Positions 39,220 through 47,956 of a DNA stretch of 64,000 nt are shown here, piece after piece. The notes under the pieces are model-generated. The model worked only from the letters and a program-made list of their open reading frames with translations. It did not search any database and had not been told where the DNA came from. The DNA is taken from contig CAKONC010000001.1 in the NCBI GenBank assembly GCA_934096985.1, positions 494-64,493 of the forward strand, in the 5' to 3' direction. This DNA is from an uncultured Bacilli bacterium (GTDB taxonomy: Bacteria; Bacillota_I; Bacilli_A; RF39; UBA660). The position numbers and the translations under genes were made by a program. Each line of letters opens with the position of its first letter. Position 1 is the first letter of the stretch.

Positions 39220-39229
39220 GGTTGATAAT

Positions 39230-39559
39230 ATGAACGAAGAAAAAGAATTAATAAATACACTTAAAAAAAATATAGAAATTGTCAATCACTATGGAGTAAA
39301 AAAACAAATGCCTATATGGATTGAAGAAATGAGTGAACTTATAAAAGTAATTTGTAAGTGGGCTAGAAAATATGACGAATTAGAGGGTGATATAACACCT
39401 CAATTAAAAGCTGATTTTTATGAAGAAATAACTGATGTTTCAATTTGTTTAGATCAATTAAAATATATTTTAAATTTTAAAGAAGATGATTTGATGAATG
39501 AATATAAGTTTAAGGTTGAAAGACAGCTAAAAAGAATAGCTGGTGAAAATAATGAGTGA
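39230..39559 (+). CDS. MazG-like nucleotide pyrophosphohydrolase
   Basis: WIEEMSELIK...EEITDVSICLDQL (EExxE...ExxD). Confidence 0.5.
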   Translation: MNEEKELINTLKKNIEIVNHYGVKKQMPIWIEEMSELIKVICKWARKYDELEGDITPQLKADFYEEITDVSICLDQLKYILNFKEDDLMNEYKFKVERQLKRIAGENNE

Positions 39560-39791
39560 AGAAGAAATTATTAAATTAAGAACAAGATTACAATTAGCGG
39601 AAGATAGTAATAAAATTCTAGTTCAAAAATTAAAAAATAAGGATAAAGATTTAAAAACAATAAATAATCTTTATCTAAATGAAAAGAAAAAAGTGAATAC
39701 CATTTATACAGCTTTAACTACACGAAATGTAGATGAGAATAATTATAAAAAAGCTATTGAATGGATAATAAAAATTATTGAGGAGGGATAA
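39543..39791 (+). CDS. hypothetical coiled-coil protein
   Basis: 82-aa ORF. Confidence 0.3.
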   Translation: MKIMSEEEIIKLRTRLQLAEDSNKILVQKLKNKDKDLKTINNLYLNEKKKVNTIYTALTTRNVDENNYKKAIEWIIKIIEEG

Positions 39792-39794
39792 GAT

Positions 39795-40202
39795 ATGAGA
39801 ACAATGATTTTAATTATTAATTTAGTATGTCTTGCGTTTATGATTTTTAATATGATAAATATTGCAAAAACTGATAAAGAAATGGATAAAATGTTTAAGA
39901 AATTAGATGAGGATTTTATAAGAAAAATGAAAGCTTTAACTTTACATTTAACACCTGATGAGGCTTTAGAATTAATACACGAAGTGGTAGATATACCTGA
40001 TGGATTTTATCTAGGTGTAAATAATGAAGATATATTAGAAGTTACGTTATTTGAATGTGATAACAATGTTCACAATAAAATGGGAAAAGCAATAGAGGGA
40101 TTTTATTTAGAAAGTTATAGACCTAGTGAGTTAATAAGTTTTGGAATTGAATTATTAAAATATATTAATGAATTAGAATATAAAAGCAAAATAAAATTTT
40201 AG
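39795..40202 (+). CDS. hypothetical membrane-anchored protein
   Basis: N-terminal TM helix. Confidence 0.3.
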   Translation: MRTMILIINLVCLAFMIFNMINIAKTDKEMDKMFKKLDEDFIRKMKALTLHLTPDEALELIHEVVDIPDGFYLGVNNEDILEVTLFECDNNVHNKMGKAIEGFYLESYRPSELISFGIELLKYINELEYKSKIKF

Positions 40203-40211
40203 GTGTTGAAA

Positions 40212-40766
40212 ATGAAAATAGATATTTTTAACACGAATAAAAAATATAATATCATTTATGCTGACCCACCTTGGAGATATAAAGTTTGGCCAAGAGCAAC
40301 AGGCTTAGGAAGAAGTGCTGAATCTCATTATAATACTATGGAGAAAGAAGATATACAATCTTTACCAATCCAAAATATTTGTGAAAAAGATTGCGTGTTA
40401 TTGTTATGGGTCACAGCACCTTGTCTATTAGAGGGAATAGAATTGATAAAAAAATGGGGTTTTGAATATAAAACATTTGGCTTTACTTGGATTAAACAAA
40501 ATAAAAAAAGTGATAGTTTATTTTGGGGTATGGGATATTATACTAGAGCTAATACTGAAATATGTTTGTTAGCAACAAAAGGTAAACCATTACCTAGATT
40601 AAGTAAATCAGTTCATCAAGTTGTTATATCAAAAGTAAGAGAACATAGCAGAAAACCTGATGAAGTTAGGAATAGAATTGTAGATTTATTTGGTGATATT
40701 CCACGAATAGAATTATTTGCAAGGCAACAATTTAATGGTTGGGATTGCTGGGGAAATGAAGTTTAA
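40212..40766 (+). CDS. MT-A70 family N6-adenine DNA methyltransferase (orphan)
   Basis: IIYADPPWRY catalytic DPPW motif; AGGTG RBS before ATG 40212. Confidence 0.75.
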   Translation: MKIDIFNTNKKYNIIYADPPWRYKVWPRATGLGRSAESHYNTMEKEDIQSLPIQNICEKDCVLLLWVTAPCLLEGIELIKKWGFEYKTFGFTWIKQNKKSDSLFWGMGYYTRANTEICLLATKGKPLPRLSKSVHQVVISKVREHSRKPDEVRNRIVDLFGDIPRIELFARQQFNGWDCWGNEV

Positions 40767-40768
40767 AA

Positions 40769-40936
40769 ATGTTAGAAGAAACAATAGATTTATTAACAAG
40801 ACAAATGTTAGAAAATGTTTTTAATGACAAGAAAAATAAACAAAAACAAATGATAACTATGAGCAAGGCTGATTTATACAAGTTTTGTATTAAATTAGTT
40901 AAACTTATACAACAAATAGAAAATATGGAGGAATAA
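40769..40936 (+). CDS. small phage protein (55 aa), below track cutoff
   Basis: ATG 2 nt after the methylase stop; the stop lies 1 nt before the next ATG. Confidence 0.3.
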   Translation: MLEETIDLLTRQMLENVFNDKKNKQKQMITMSKADLYKFCIKLVKLIQQIENMEE

Positions 40937-40937
40937 G

Positions 40938-43109
40938 ATGAGAAGTTTAGTTATATTAAGGGGAAGTCCTGCAAGTGGTAAATCTACTTGGGTTAAAAAA
41001 ATGGGCTTAGAAAATTATACTTTATGTGCAGACACAATTAGGTTATTAGTTGAAAGTCCTATAATTGTACCTGATAAAAATCATAGAGTAATTAGTCAAA
41101 AAAATGATAATTATGTATGGCAATTATTGTTTGAATTATTGGAGAAAAGAATGAGTAGAGGGGAGTTTGTGGTAATAGACGCTACACATAGTAGATCGAG
41201 TGATTTTAGTAGATACAATAAACTTTGTGAAAGATATAGATATAGACGCTACTATGTTGACTTTAGTGATGTGTCTATTGAAGAATGTAAAAAAAGAAAT
41301 GCTTTAAGAGAAGATTATAAGAGAGTACCAGAAAATGTTATTGATAAAATATATTCACGATTAAAAACACAATCTAAAACGAGTGGTTGGATAGAGGTAG
41401 ATAAAAATAATTTTTGGAATGAAATAGGAATGAAATTATTTGATTTAAGCCATTATTCTAAGATTCATATTTTTGGCGATATTCACGGGTGCTACAATCC
41501 GTTAAAAGAGTATTTTGATAATAACCCTTATAATCTTGACGAGATGTATATTTTTTGCGGAGATTATACGGATAGAGGATTGCAAAATAAAGAAACTTTG
41601 CTATTCTTAATGGAATTAGCTAAAAATAAAAATGTATTATTTTTAGAGGGAAATCACGAAAAATGGTTAAATTATTATTCCCTAGATGAATATGAAAATA
41701 TAAAAAGTAAAACATTCTTAAATAAGACTATGCCTGAGATTATTGACATTGATAAAAGTGAGTTAAGAAGTTTTTATAGAAGAATCGGTCAAGTTGCATA
41801 TTTTGACTATGACGGAAAGAAATATTTAGTATCTCACGGAGGAATCAGCTATGTTCCTGATGAATTACAATTAGTTGCTACTGAACAATTTATCAATGGT
41901 GTTGGTGACTATAATGTACAAATAGATGAAATATTTTTAGAGAATGAAAAAGATAAAAATATTATGCAAGTACACGGACATAGAAATATTTTTGAAATAG
42001 ACGGAAATCAATATTCAGTTAATCTTGAGGGAAAGGTTGAATTTGGAGGATTCTTAAAAGTAATGATACTAGAAAAAGGAAAACTTCCATCTATAGCTAA
42101 AATAAAAAATAATTATTTTGGTAAGCCTGAGGAAATTAATGAATTTAATGAGTGCCGAGCTAAAATAACAAATATACCGATGGTAGAACAATTAAGAATG
42201 TCAAAGGACATAAGAGAAGTAGCTTTAGGAAATAATATTAGTTCATTCAATTTTACAAGAAACGCTTTTTACAATAAAAAATGGAATGAATTAACTTGTA
42301 AAGCTAGGGGATTATTTGTGGATACTGAAAAAGATAAAGTGGTAGCTAGAGGCTATGAAAAATTCTTTAATATAAATGAAAAAAAGGAAACTGAGTTAGA
42401 ACATCTATTAGTTAAATTTAAAGATAAAATAACTTGCTATAAAAAAGAAAATGGTTTTTTAGGTATATTATCTTTAATAAATGGAGAATTATTTTTTGCT
42501 AGTAAATCAACTAACAAAGGCGTCTTTGCTGATTATTTTAAGAAAATATTTGACGAAAGTTGTATTGATAAAATTAAATTAATTAATTATTTAAAGAATC
42601 ACGATGTGTCTTTAGCTTTTGAAGTAATTGATATTGAGAACGATCCACATATTATAAAATATGATAAATCAAAAATAGTATTATTAGATATTATTTATAA
42701 TGACTATGAATTTAAAAAAGAACCTTATGAAAAAGTAGTAGAATTAGCAAAATTATTGTGCTGTGAATGTAAAACTATTTATAAAGAGTTTGATGATGTT
42801 AGAGAATTTCATAAATGGTATTTAGATAACACTGATGAAGAAGATTTGTCTAAAGAAGATATAGAGGGAGTAGTTATTGAATCATCAGGAATTATGACTA
42901 AATTAAAATTCCCATACTATAATTTTTGGAAATTTATGAGGAGAGTAAAAGAACAAGTAGCTCATAAAGGAACTCCTAAGTTATCTAGTCTATTTAATCC
43001 TACAGCTAACTATTTCTACGCTTGGCTAAAGAAACAAGATGAAGAAACTTTAAGTAAAGATATTATCACTTTAAGAGAAAAATTTTACAATGAGGATTTC
43101 AATGAATAG
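40938..43109 (+). CDS. trifunctional RNA-repair enzyme: polynucleotide kinase + metallophosphatase + RNA ligase (Pnkp-like)
   Basis: GSPASGKST P-loop. Phosphoesterase motifs GDIHGC, GDYTDRG, GNHE, SHGG, VHGHRN. Ligase motif I KKENGF plus EGVVIES...TKLKFPYY. Confidence 0.7.
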   Translation: MRSLVILRGSPASGKSTWVKKMGLENYTLCADTIRLLVESPIIVPDKNHRVISQKNDNYVWQLLFELLEKRMSRGEFVVIDATHSRSSDFSRYNKLCERYRYRRYYVDFSDVSIEECKKRNALREDYKRVPENVIDKIYSRLKTQSKTSGWIEVDKNNFWNEIGMKLFDLSHYSKIHIFGDIHGCYNPLKEYFDNNPYNLDEMYIFCGDYTDRGLQNKETLLFLMELAKNKNVLFLEGNHEKWLNYYSLDEYENIKSKTFLNKTMPEIIDIDKSELRSFYRRIGQVAYFDYDGKKYLVSHGGISYVPDELQLVATEQFINGVGDYNVQIDEIFLENEKDKNIMQVHGHRNIFEIDGNQYSVNLEGKVEFGGFLKVMILEKGKLPSIAKIKNNYFGKPEEINEFNECRAKITNIPMVEQLRMSKDIREVALGNNISSFNFTRNAFYNKKWNELTCKARGLFVDTEKDKVVARGYEKFFNINEKKETELEHLLVKFKDKITCYKKENGFLGILSLINGELFFASKSTNKGVFADYFKKIFDESCIDKIKLINYLKNHDVSLAFEVIDIENDPHIIKYDKSKIVLLDIIYNDYEFKKEPYEKVVELAKLLCCECKTIYKEFDDVREFHKWYLDNTDEEDLSKEDIEGVVIESSGIMTKLKFPYYNFWKFMRRVKEQVAHKGTPKLSSLFNPTANYFYAWLKKQDEETLSKDIITLREKFYNEDFNE

Positions 43110-43938
43110 AGAAAAGTATATTATGAATAATTTAAAAGATAAGTATGATTATCTTTTGGAAAAAGGATATAAAGTGATAGCTTTATTTTTACAAGGAAGT
43201 CAAAATTACAACTTAGATATATATGATGATGATTATAAGAGTGATATAGACGCAAAAGCTATAATATTACCTACATTACAGGATATTATTTTAAATAAAA
43301 CACCTATATCAACAACTTTGATACTTGATAATAATGAGCATATTGAAGTTAAAGACATAAGAATAATGAAAGATATGTTTATAAAACAAAATATTTCATA
43401 TATTGAATTATTATATACTGATTTTAAAATAGTAAATGAAGAATATAAAAATTACATAGACCAGCTTATAGCTATGAGAGATTCTATAGCTACAATAAAT
43501 AAAAATCAATTTTTAAGATGTATTAAAGGTATGTCAATGGAAAAAGTAAAAGCTATGGAACACCCTTATCCCACTTTAATAGATAAGATAAATAAATACG
43601 GATACGATCCAAAACAATTACATCATATAGTAAGATTATATGAATTTATATATAGATATTTATATAATCAAGAACCTTTAGAAAAATGTTATAGAAGTAT
43701 TCAAAAAGATTTATTGATAGATATAAAAAAAGGAAAATACAACTTAGAACAAGCTCGAGAAATATCTAAAGAATATGATTCTAAGACTAAAGGATTATGT
43801 GATAACTTTATGAATGTAGAAGATGAAATTAATAATGAAACTATTAATATATTAAATACATTAATAGCTAAAATTTTAAAATATTCATTTGTAAAAGAAT
43901 TAAAAGAGGAGGAAAAAGAATGTATTATTATGGATTAA
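43102..43938 (+). CDS. pol-beta superfamily nucleotidyltransferase (RlaP-like RNA-repair-associated)
   Basis: LQGSQNYNL...KSDIDAKAI (GS...DxD). Start overlaps the Pnkp stop; GAGGA RBS. Confidence 0.5.
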   Translation: MNREKYIMNNLKDKYDYLLEKGYKVIALFLQGSQNYNLDIYDDDYKSDIDAKAIILPTLQDIILNKTPISTTLILDNNEHIEVKDIRIMKDMFIKQNISYIELLYTDFKIVNEEYKNYIDQLIAMRDSIATINKNQFLRCIKGMSMEKVKAMEHPYPTLIDKINKYGYDPKQLHHIVRLYEFIYRYLYNQEPLEKCYRSIQKDLLIDIKKGKYNLEQAREISKEYDSKTKGLCDNFMNVEDEINNETINILNTLIAKILKYSFVKELKEEEKECIIMD

Positions 43939-44081
43939 CTAAAGATGAGTATATTAGATTGCTAAAAGAATGTGGAATGTGTACTAAAAAATGGACTTTA
44001 TCTAAGATTAAACAATTCAATAAAAGAAAATTAGAAGTCATAAGGTCAAGAAATAATAAAAATAAAAAGAGGTGGAGATAG
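43920..44081 (+). CDS. small basic protein (53 aa), below track cutoff
   Basis: Strong GAGGAGG RBS; MYYYGLTKDEYIRLLKECGMCTKKW... Confidence 0.3.
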   Translation: MYYYGLTKDEYIRLLKECGMCTKKWTLSKIKQFNKRKLEVIRSRNNKNKKRWR

Positions 44082-44644
44082 TGAAAGAAGAGAATAAAAC
44101 TAATGTATATCTTAATGTAGATGAAGAAGATAAAAATGAAATAGTAAAAAAAGTATTGGAAGAATTGAAGAATAAAAAGTTATTAAAAAATCCTAAATCG
44201 TCTTATAAAAGTACCGAAAAAATATTATATAGTTTAAATGTATTACCTGAGGCTATTAAATTAATAGATGAAGAAGTAAAGAAACTTGAAGAAGAAGCAA
44301 AAGGTATAGCAATACCAACAGCTAAATCTAATTCACTTATACTTAATGAAAGAAATAACACCTATGTTTATGGAGATGAAACACTTGAAACAAGAATAAG
44401 TGAGTTAAAACAAATATCAGTTAAGGCTAAATCACAGGTAAGATTAGTTAAAAGTGCTTTAAAGAAAATTGAAGAGGATAAGTGGTATGATATTATTCAA
44501 ATGTATTACTTTGATGGTATGAAAATAGAAGCAATAGCCGAAGAATTAGATTGCTCAGTAAGTACCATAAGTGACAATAAAAAAAGACTTATGAATGAAT
44601 TAAAAGTATATATTTTTCCTGATACTTTTATAGAGGAATTATAA
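44081..44644 (+). CDS. ArpU/RinA-like late transcriptional regulator (sigma region-4-like)
   Basis: C-terminus MKIEAIAEELDCSVSTISDNKKRLMNELK; lies just upstream of the late operon. GTG start 44072 or 44081. Confidence 0.5.
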   Translation: MKEENKTNVYLNVDEEDKNEIVKKVLEELKNKKLLKNPKSSYKSTEKILYSLNVLPEAIKLIDEEVKKLEEEAKGIAIPTAKSNSLILNERNNTYVYGDETLETRISELKQISVKAKSQVRLVKSALKKIEEDKWYDIIQMYYFDGMKIEAIAEELDCSVSTISDNKKRLMNELKVYIFPDTFIEEL

Positions 44645-44650
44645 CTTGTT

Positions 44651-44896
44651 ATGAAAGTAAAAAGGTTAAAAGAATTGCTAAATAACTTAGATGATGATTT
44701 AGATATATTTATTAGAAATTCATACAATATTTGTGGAACAATAGGAGAATTAGAACAAGTAGAAAAAAGTTTTTATGGATTTTTTGGAAATGACATTCCC
44801 TGTGTAATTTTAAATACACAATATAGTAAAGAAATGGAATTTGTGGAAGATGAGGAAACTTTTATTGATTATATTGAAACTGACGGAAAAAAATAA
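44651..44896 (+). CDS. hypothetical phage protein
   Basis: 81-aa ORF. Confidence 0.35.
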   Translation: MKVKRLKELLNNLDDDLDIFIRNSYNICGTIGELEQVEKSFYGFFGNDIPCVILNTQYSKEMEFVEDEETFIDYIETDGKK

Positions 44897-44900
44897 AAAA

Positions 44901-44955
44901 CCGAAAAAGTGCCGAAAAAGTGCCCTATTGAATAACGAAAAATAACTGATATAAT
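44901..44955 (+). promoter_or_regulatory. candidate late promoter with upstream tandem 11-mers
   Basis: CCGAAAAAGTG x2 (44901-44922), then TTGAAT (44928-33), 16 nt, TATAAT (44950-55). Confidence 0.4.
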
Positions 44956-44966
44956 ATAGTAAAATG

Positions 44967-45009
44967 AAATAATTATGATAGATGAATGAATCACTAATCA
45001 TAATTATTT
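44967..45009 (+). terminator. 13-bp AT-rich hairpin + T-run in late leader
   Basis: AAATAATTATGAT / ATCATAATTATTT with a 17-nt loop, followed by TTATTTT. Confidence 0.3.
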
Positions 45010-45026
45010 TTATTTTGATTAAATAT

Positions 45027-45100
45027 GGGTGATATTTTAATGGAAAAATACATTGAGAGTAATTGATTTGAGATATAAAGTTCGATTCTTTATTCACCCG
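45027..45100 (+). other. tRNA-like element (degenerate; possible pseudo-tRNA)
   Basis: Acceptor GGGTGA(T)/(T)TCACCC. Canonical T-arm TAAAG-TTCGATT-CTTTA. GG in the D-loop. The anticodon stem is only G-U/A-U pairs and the loop is GTAATTG. Confidence 0.25.
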
Positions 45101-45146
45101 TCCTTTTTATTCTTTTTATTCGTTGATGTTATCAACAAAAAAGAGC

Positions 45147-45171
45147 GGAACTAGAAATAGTTCCTTTTATT
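45147..45171 (+). terminator. rho-independent terminator in late leader
   Basis: GGAACTA-GAAA-TAGTTCC plus TTTTATT. Confidence 0.5.
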
Positions 45172-45196
45172 ATGTTTAAAAAGTGGGTGATAAGAT

Positions 45197-45331
45197 ATGT
45201 TAAATACAATAGTTGCAATAGTATTGGTAGTGTTAGAAATGTTATTTTTAGCGGTGGTTCTTATCCTCAATAATATAGATGAGTTCATAGAATGGCTTGA
45301 AAAAAGATTAGAAAAGAAGAATAAGAGGTAA
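45197..45331 (+). CDS. small single-TM protein (44 aa), below track cutoff
   Basis: GTGGGTGA RBS; MLNTIVAIVLVVLEMLFLAVVLILNN... Confidence 0.35.
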   Translation: MLNTIVAIVLVVLEMLFLAVVLILNNIDEFIEWLEKRLEKKNKR

Positions 45332-45335
45332 TTCT

Positions 45336-45533
45336 ATGAAAGAAAAGAATTATTTGGGGTTGTGTATGAGATATAGTGAATCCTGTAAGCTATGTCCTAG
45401 AAATAAAAAGTGTGAGGAAGAATTAGCACTAGAGAAAAGAGGTGTTAGATATGAAAGTAAAAATACTTGGAACGGAATACGAAGTAATAAAAGACGCAGA
45501 AGAAAAAGATTATCCACAATTAAAAAAGTGTGA
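45336..45533 (+). CDS. small Cys-rich/basic protein
   Basis: AAGAGG RBS; C-x7-C-x2-C-x6-C then an Arg/Lys tail. The 3' 83 nt overlap the next gene. Confidence 0.3.
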   Translation: MKEKNYLGLCMRYSESCKLCPRNKKCEEELALEKRGVRYESKNTWNGIRSNKRRRRKRLSTIKKV

Positions 45534-45987
45534 TGGTTTTACCGATTTTAGTATTAAAAGAATTGTAGTAGCCAACTTTGACAAAGATGAAAGTAGTGTA
45601 GATGATATAGACTGGTATAAAAAGAAAGTCCTTAGACACGAATTAGTACACGCATTTATTCACGAGAGTGGACTAGCCGAGAATTGTGACTGGGCTAGAA
45701 ATGAGGAACTTACTGATTGGATAGCTATACAATTTGAAAAGATATTAGGCGTGTTTATAGAATTACAATGTATTGATTCTATAGGTGTAGATGTAAATAT
45801 ATTTGATAGACAATCTAACGATCCAATAAATGATCCTATTAATTCTCCTAAAGTAAAAGTAGCTAAAGCTAGTATTAAAGATACTACTGAGATAATAAAT
45901 GAAATAGGTAAATCAATAAATAAAATACCTATAAACATAAATCTAAATAATTTAGCTAAAGGTGGAATAATTGGAGGTGATGGGTAA
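45451..45987 (+). CDS. putative zinc metallopeptidase (HExxH)
   Basis: VLRHELVHAFIHESG; AAGAGGTG RBS before ATG 45451. Confidence 0.5.
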   Translation: MKVKILGTEYEVIKDAEEKDYPQLKKCDGFTDFSIKRIVVANFDKDESSVDDIDWYKKKVLRHELVHAFIHESGLAENCDWARNEELTDWIAIQFEKILGVFIELQCIDSIGVDVNIFDRQSNDPINDPINSPKVKVAKASIKDTTEIINEIGKSINKIPININLNNLAKGGIIGGDG

Positions 45988-46559
45988 TGACCTCGTTAAG
46001 TAATAATCAAAAGTTATTTTGCCAAGAATATTTAAAATTAGGTATGAATGGAACACAGGCTTATCTAAATGTATATAAGACCTGTAAGAAAGAAGAAACA
46101 GCTAGAACTAATGCTAGTAGATTGCTAACAAATGCTAACATAAAAAACTATATTAGTGAACTACAAGACAAAGTAGAAGAAAAAGCTATAGTTAAGATAG
46201 AAGATATAGTTAATGAATTATTTACAATAGCTTTTACTGATAGAACTAAGATAAGCAAAAATGTTAGAAATAAGATATTAGAACGAAAAGAAGATGGTAC
46301 TGAGGTAGAATATTATGAAGATAATGTTATTTTTGCTGAAACTGATGAATTAGATGATAAAACAAAAAAGATAATATCAGGATATAAGAAAACTCAGTCC
46401 GGTTTTGCTGTTGAAACATACGACAAAATGAAAGCTCTTGAATTATTAGGTAAGTATTTAGGAATGTTCAAAGATGAAGCTCCTACAATAAATAATAATA
46501 TAGTTAATCCATACGCCAATTTAAGTGAGGAAGAATTACGAAAATTGGTTGGTGATTAA
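45987..46559 (+). CDS. terS: terminase small subunit (Terminase_2/SPP1 G1P-like)
   Basis: NQKLFCQEYLKLGMNGTQAYLNVY...ARTNASRLLTNANI. Confidence 0.7.
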   Translation: MTSLSNNQKLFCQEYLKLGMNGTQAYLNVYKTCKKEETARTNASRLLTNANIKNYISELQDKVEEKAIVKIEDIVNELFTIAFTDRTKISKNVRNKILERKEDGTEVEYYEDNVIFAETDELDDKTKKIISGYKKTQSGFAVETYDKMKALELLGKYLGMFKDEAPTINNNIVNPYANLSEEELRKLVGD

Positions 46560-46561
46560 AA

Positions 46562-47941
46562 GTGGTAATACCTGAATATGTAAGAGAACAAGCAAGATAT
46601 GAATTAGCTAGGCGTAGCTTTTGGGAATATTGTAAAATAAAAGCTCCTGACTTTTATATGGAGGGTAGGAAGTATTTAAAAGAGTTTTGTAATGAATTAC
46701 AAGACTTTTTATTATCTCCTAAAAAGGTATTAGTAGTTAATATGCCACCTAGACACGGAAAGAGTAGAACTCTTACATTATTTGTTCAATGGTGTTTAGG
46801 TAGAGATATACACTATAAGATAATGACCGGTAGTTATAATGAAATACTATCCGGAACTTTTGCTAAAGCTGTAAGGGACGCTATACAAGAAGAGGACGGA
46901 ATATTTAATAAAATATTTCCTAATGTAAAAGTTAAGTATGGTGAAGCTTCGATGAAAAAATGGGCTTTAGAGGGAAGTGAAGAAGCTAACTATTTAGCAA
47001 CATCTCCAAAGGGTACAGCTACTGGTTTTGGTTGTAAGCTAATGATAATAGATGACTTAATAAGAGAAGTACAAGAAGCTTATAACGAAGAACTATTAGA
47101 AAAGCACCAACGCTGGTTTACTGATACTATGTTATCAAGAACTGAAACAGGCTTTAAGATAATAATAGTTATGACTAGATGGGCTACAAATGACTTAGCT
47201 GGATTTGTATTAGATAAATATAAAGATGATTGTATTCACATTAATTATAGAGCTATTCAAGATGATGGATCTATGTTATGTGAAGAAGTATTAAATAGAG
47301 CTGACTTTGATTTCAAAACTCAAGAGATGAGTGAAGAAATAGTAGAAGCCAACTATAATCAAAAATGTATTGATGAAAAAGGTCGTCTATACAAGAACTT
47401 AAAGACATACGATGTTAGTCCCGGATTTGGAACAATATACGCTTATGTTGATACAGCTGATACTGGAGATGACTTCTTATGTTGTGCTGTATATGGATTA
47501 CTTAATAAAGAACCATATATTTTAGATGTTTTATTTACTGATGAGGGTATGGAAATAACCGAGGAGGAATGTGCTGATATTCTCTATAGAAACAATGTTA
47601 ATTTAGCATATATTGAATCCAACAATGGTGGACGAGGTTTTGCTAGAAATGTTAAGAGAATATTAAAAGAAAAATATAAATCAAATAAATGTGTTATTAA
47701 ACCATTTACTCAATCAGCCAATAAGCAATCAAGGATATTATCATCTAGTTATTGGGTTATGGAACATATATATTTTCCATTTAATTGGAATAAAAGATGG
47801 GAAGCGTTTTATAAACACATTACTAGGTATCAAAAGAAAGGTAAAAATGCTCACGATGATGGAGCTGATGTATTAGCTGGTATTTACGATAAGACGGTAG
47901 GAGAAAGAGGAGCGTCTTTTGGTAGCACTAAGCCAGCATAA
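46562..47941 (+). CDS. terL: terminase large subunit
   Basis: Walker A-like PPRHGKSRT, Walker B LMIIDDL, C-terminal nuclease HDDGADVL. GTG start. Confidence 0.8.
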   Translation: MVIPEYVREQARYELARRSFWEYCKIKAPDFYMEGRKYLKEFCNELQDFLLSPKKVLVVNMPPRHGKSRTLTLFVQWCLGRDIHYKIMTGSYNEILSGTFAKAVRDAIQEEDGIFNKIFPNVKVKYGEASMKKWALEGSEEANYLATSPKGTATGFGCKLMIIDDLIREVQEAYNEELLEKHQRWFTDTMLSRTETGFKIIIVMTRWATNDLAGFVLDKYKDDCIHINYRAIQDDGSMLCEEVLNRADFDFKTQEMSEEIVEANYNQKCIDEKGRLYKNLKTYDVSPGFGTIYAYVDTADTGDDFLCCAVYGLLNKEPYILDVLFTDEGMEITEEECADILYRNNVNLAYIESNNGGRGFARNVKRILKEKYKSNKCVIKPFTQSANKQSRILSSSYWVMEHIYFPFNWNKRWEAFYKHITRYQKKGKNAHDDGADVLAGIYDKTVGERGASFGSTKPA

Positions 47942-47956
47942 AAGGAGGTATAATAT

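Noticed and set aside
47691-47876. Same-strand nested ORFs 47691..47876 (in terL) and 52264..52473 (in the capsid gene).
   Set aside because: They are off-frame inside well-supported structural genes, with no independent signals.
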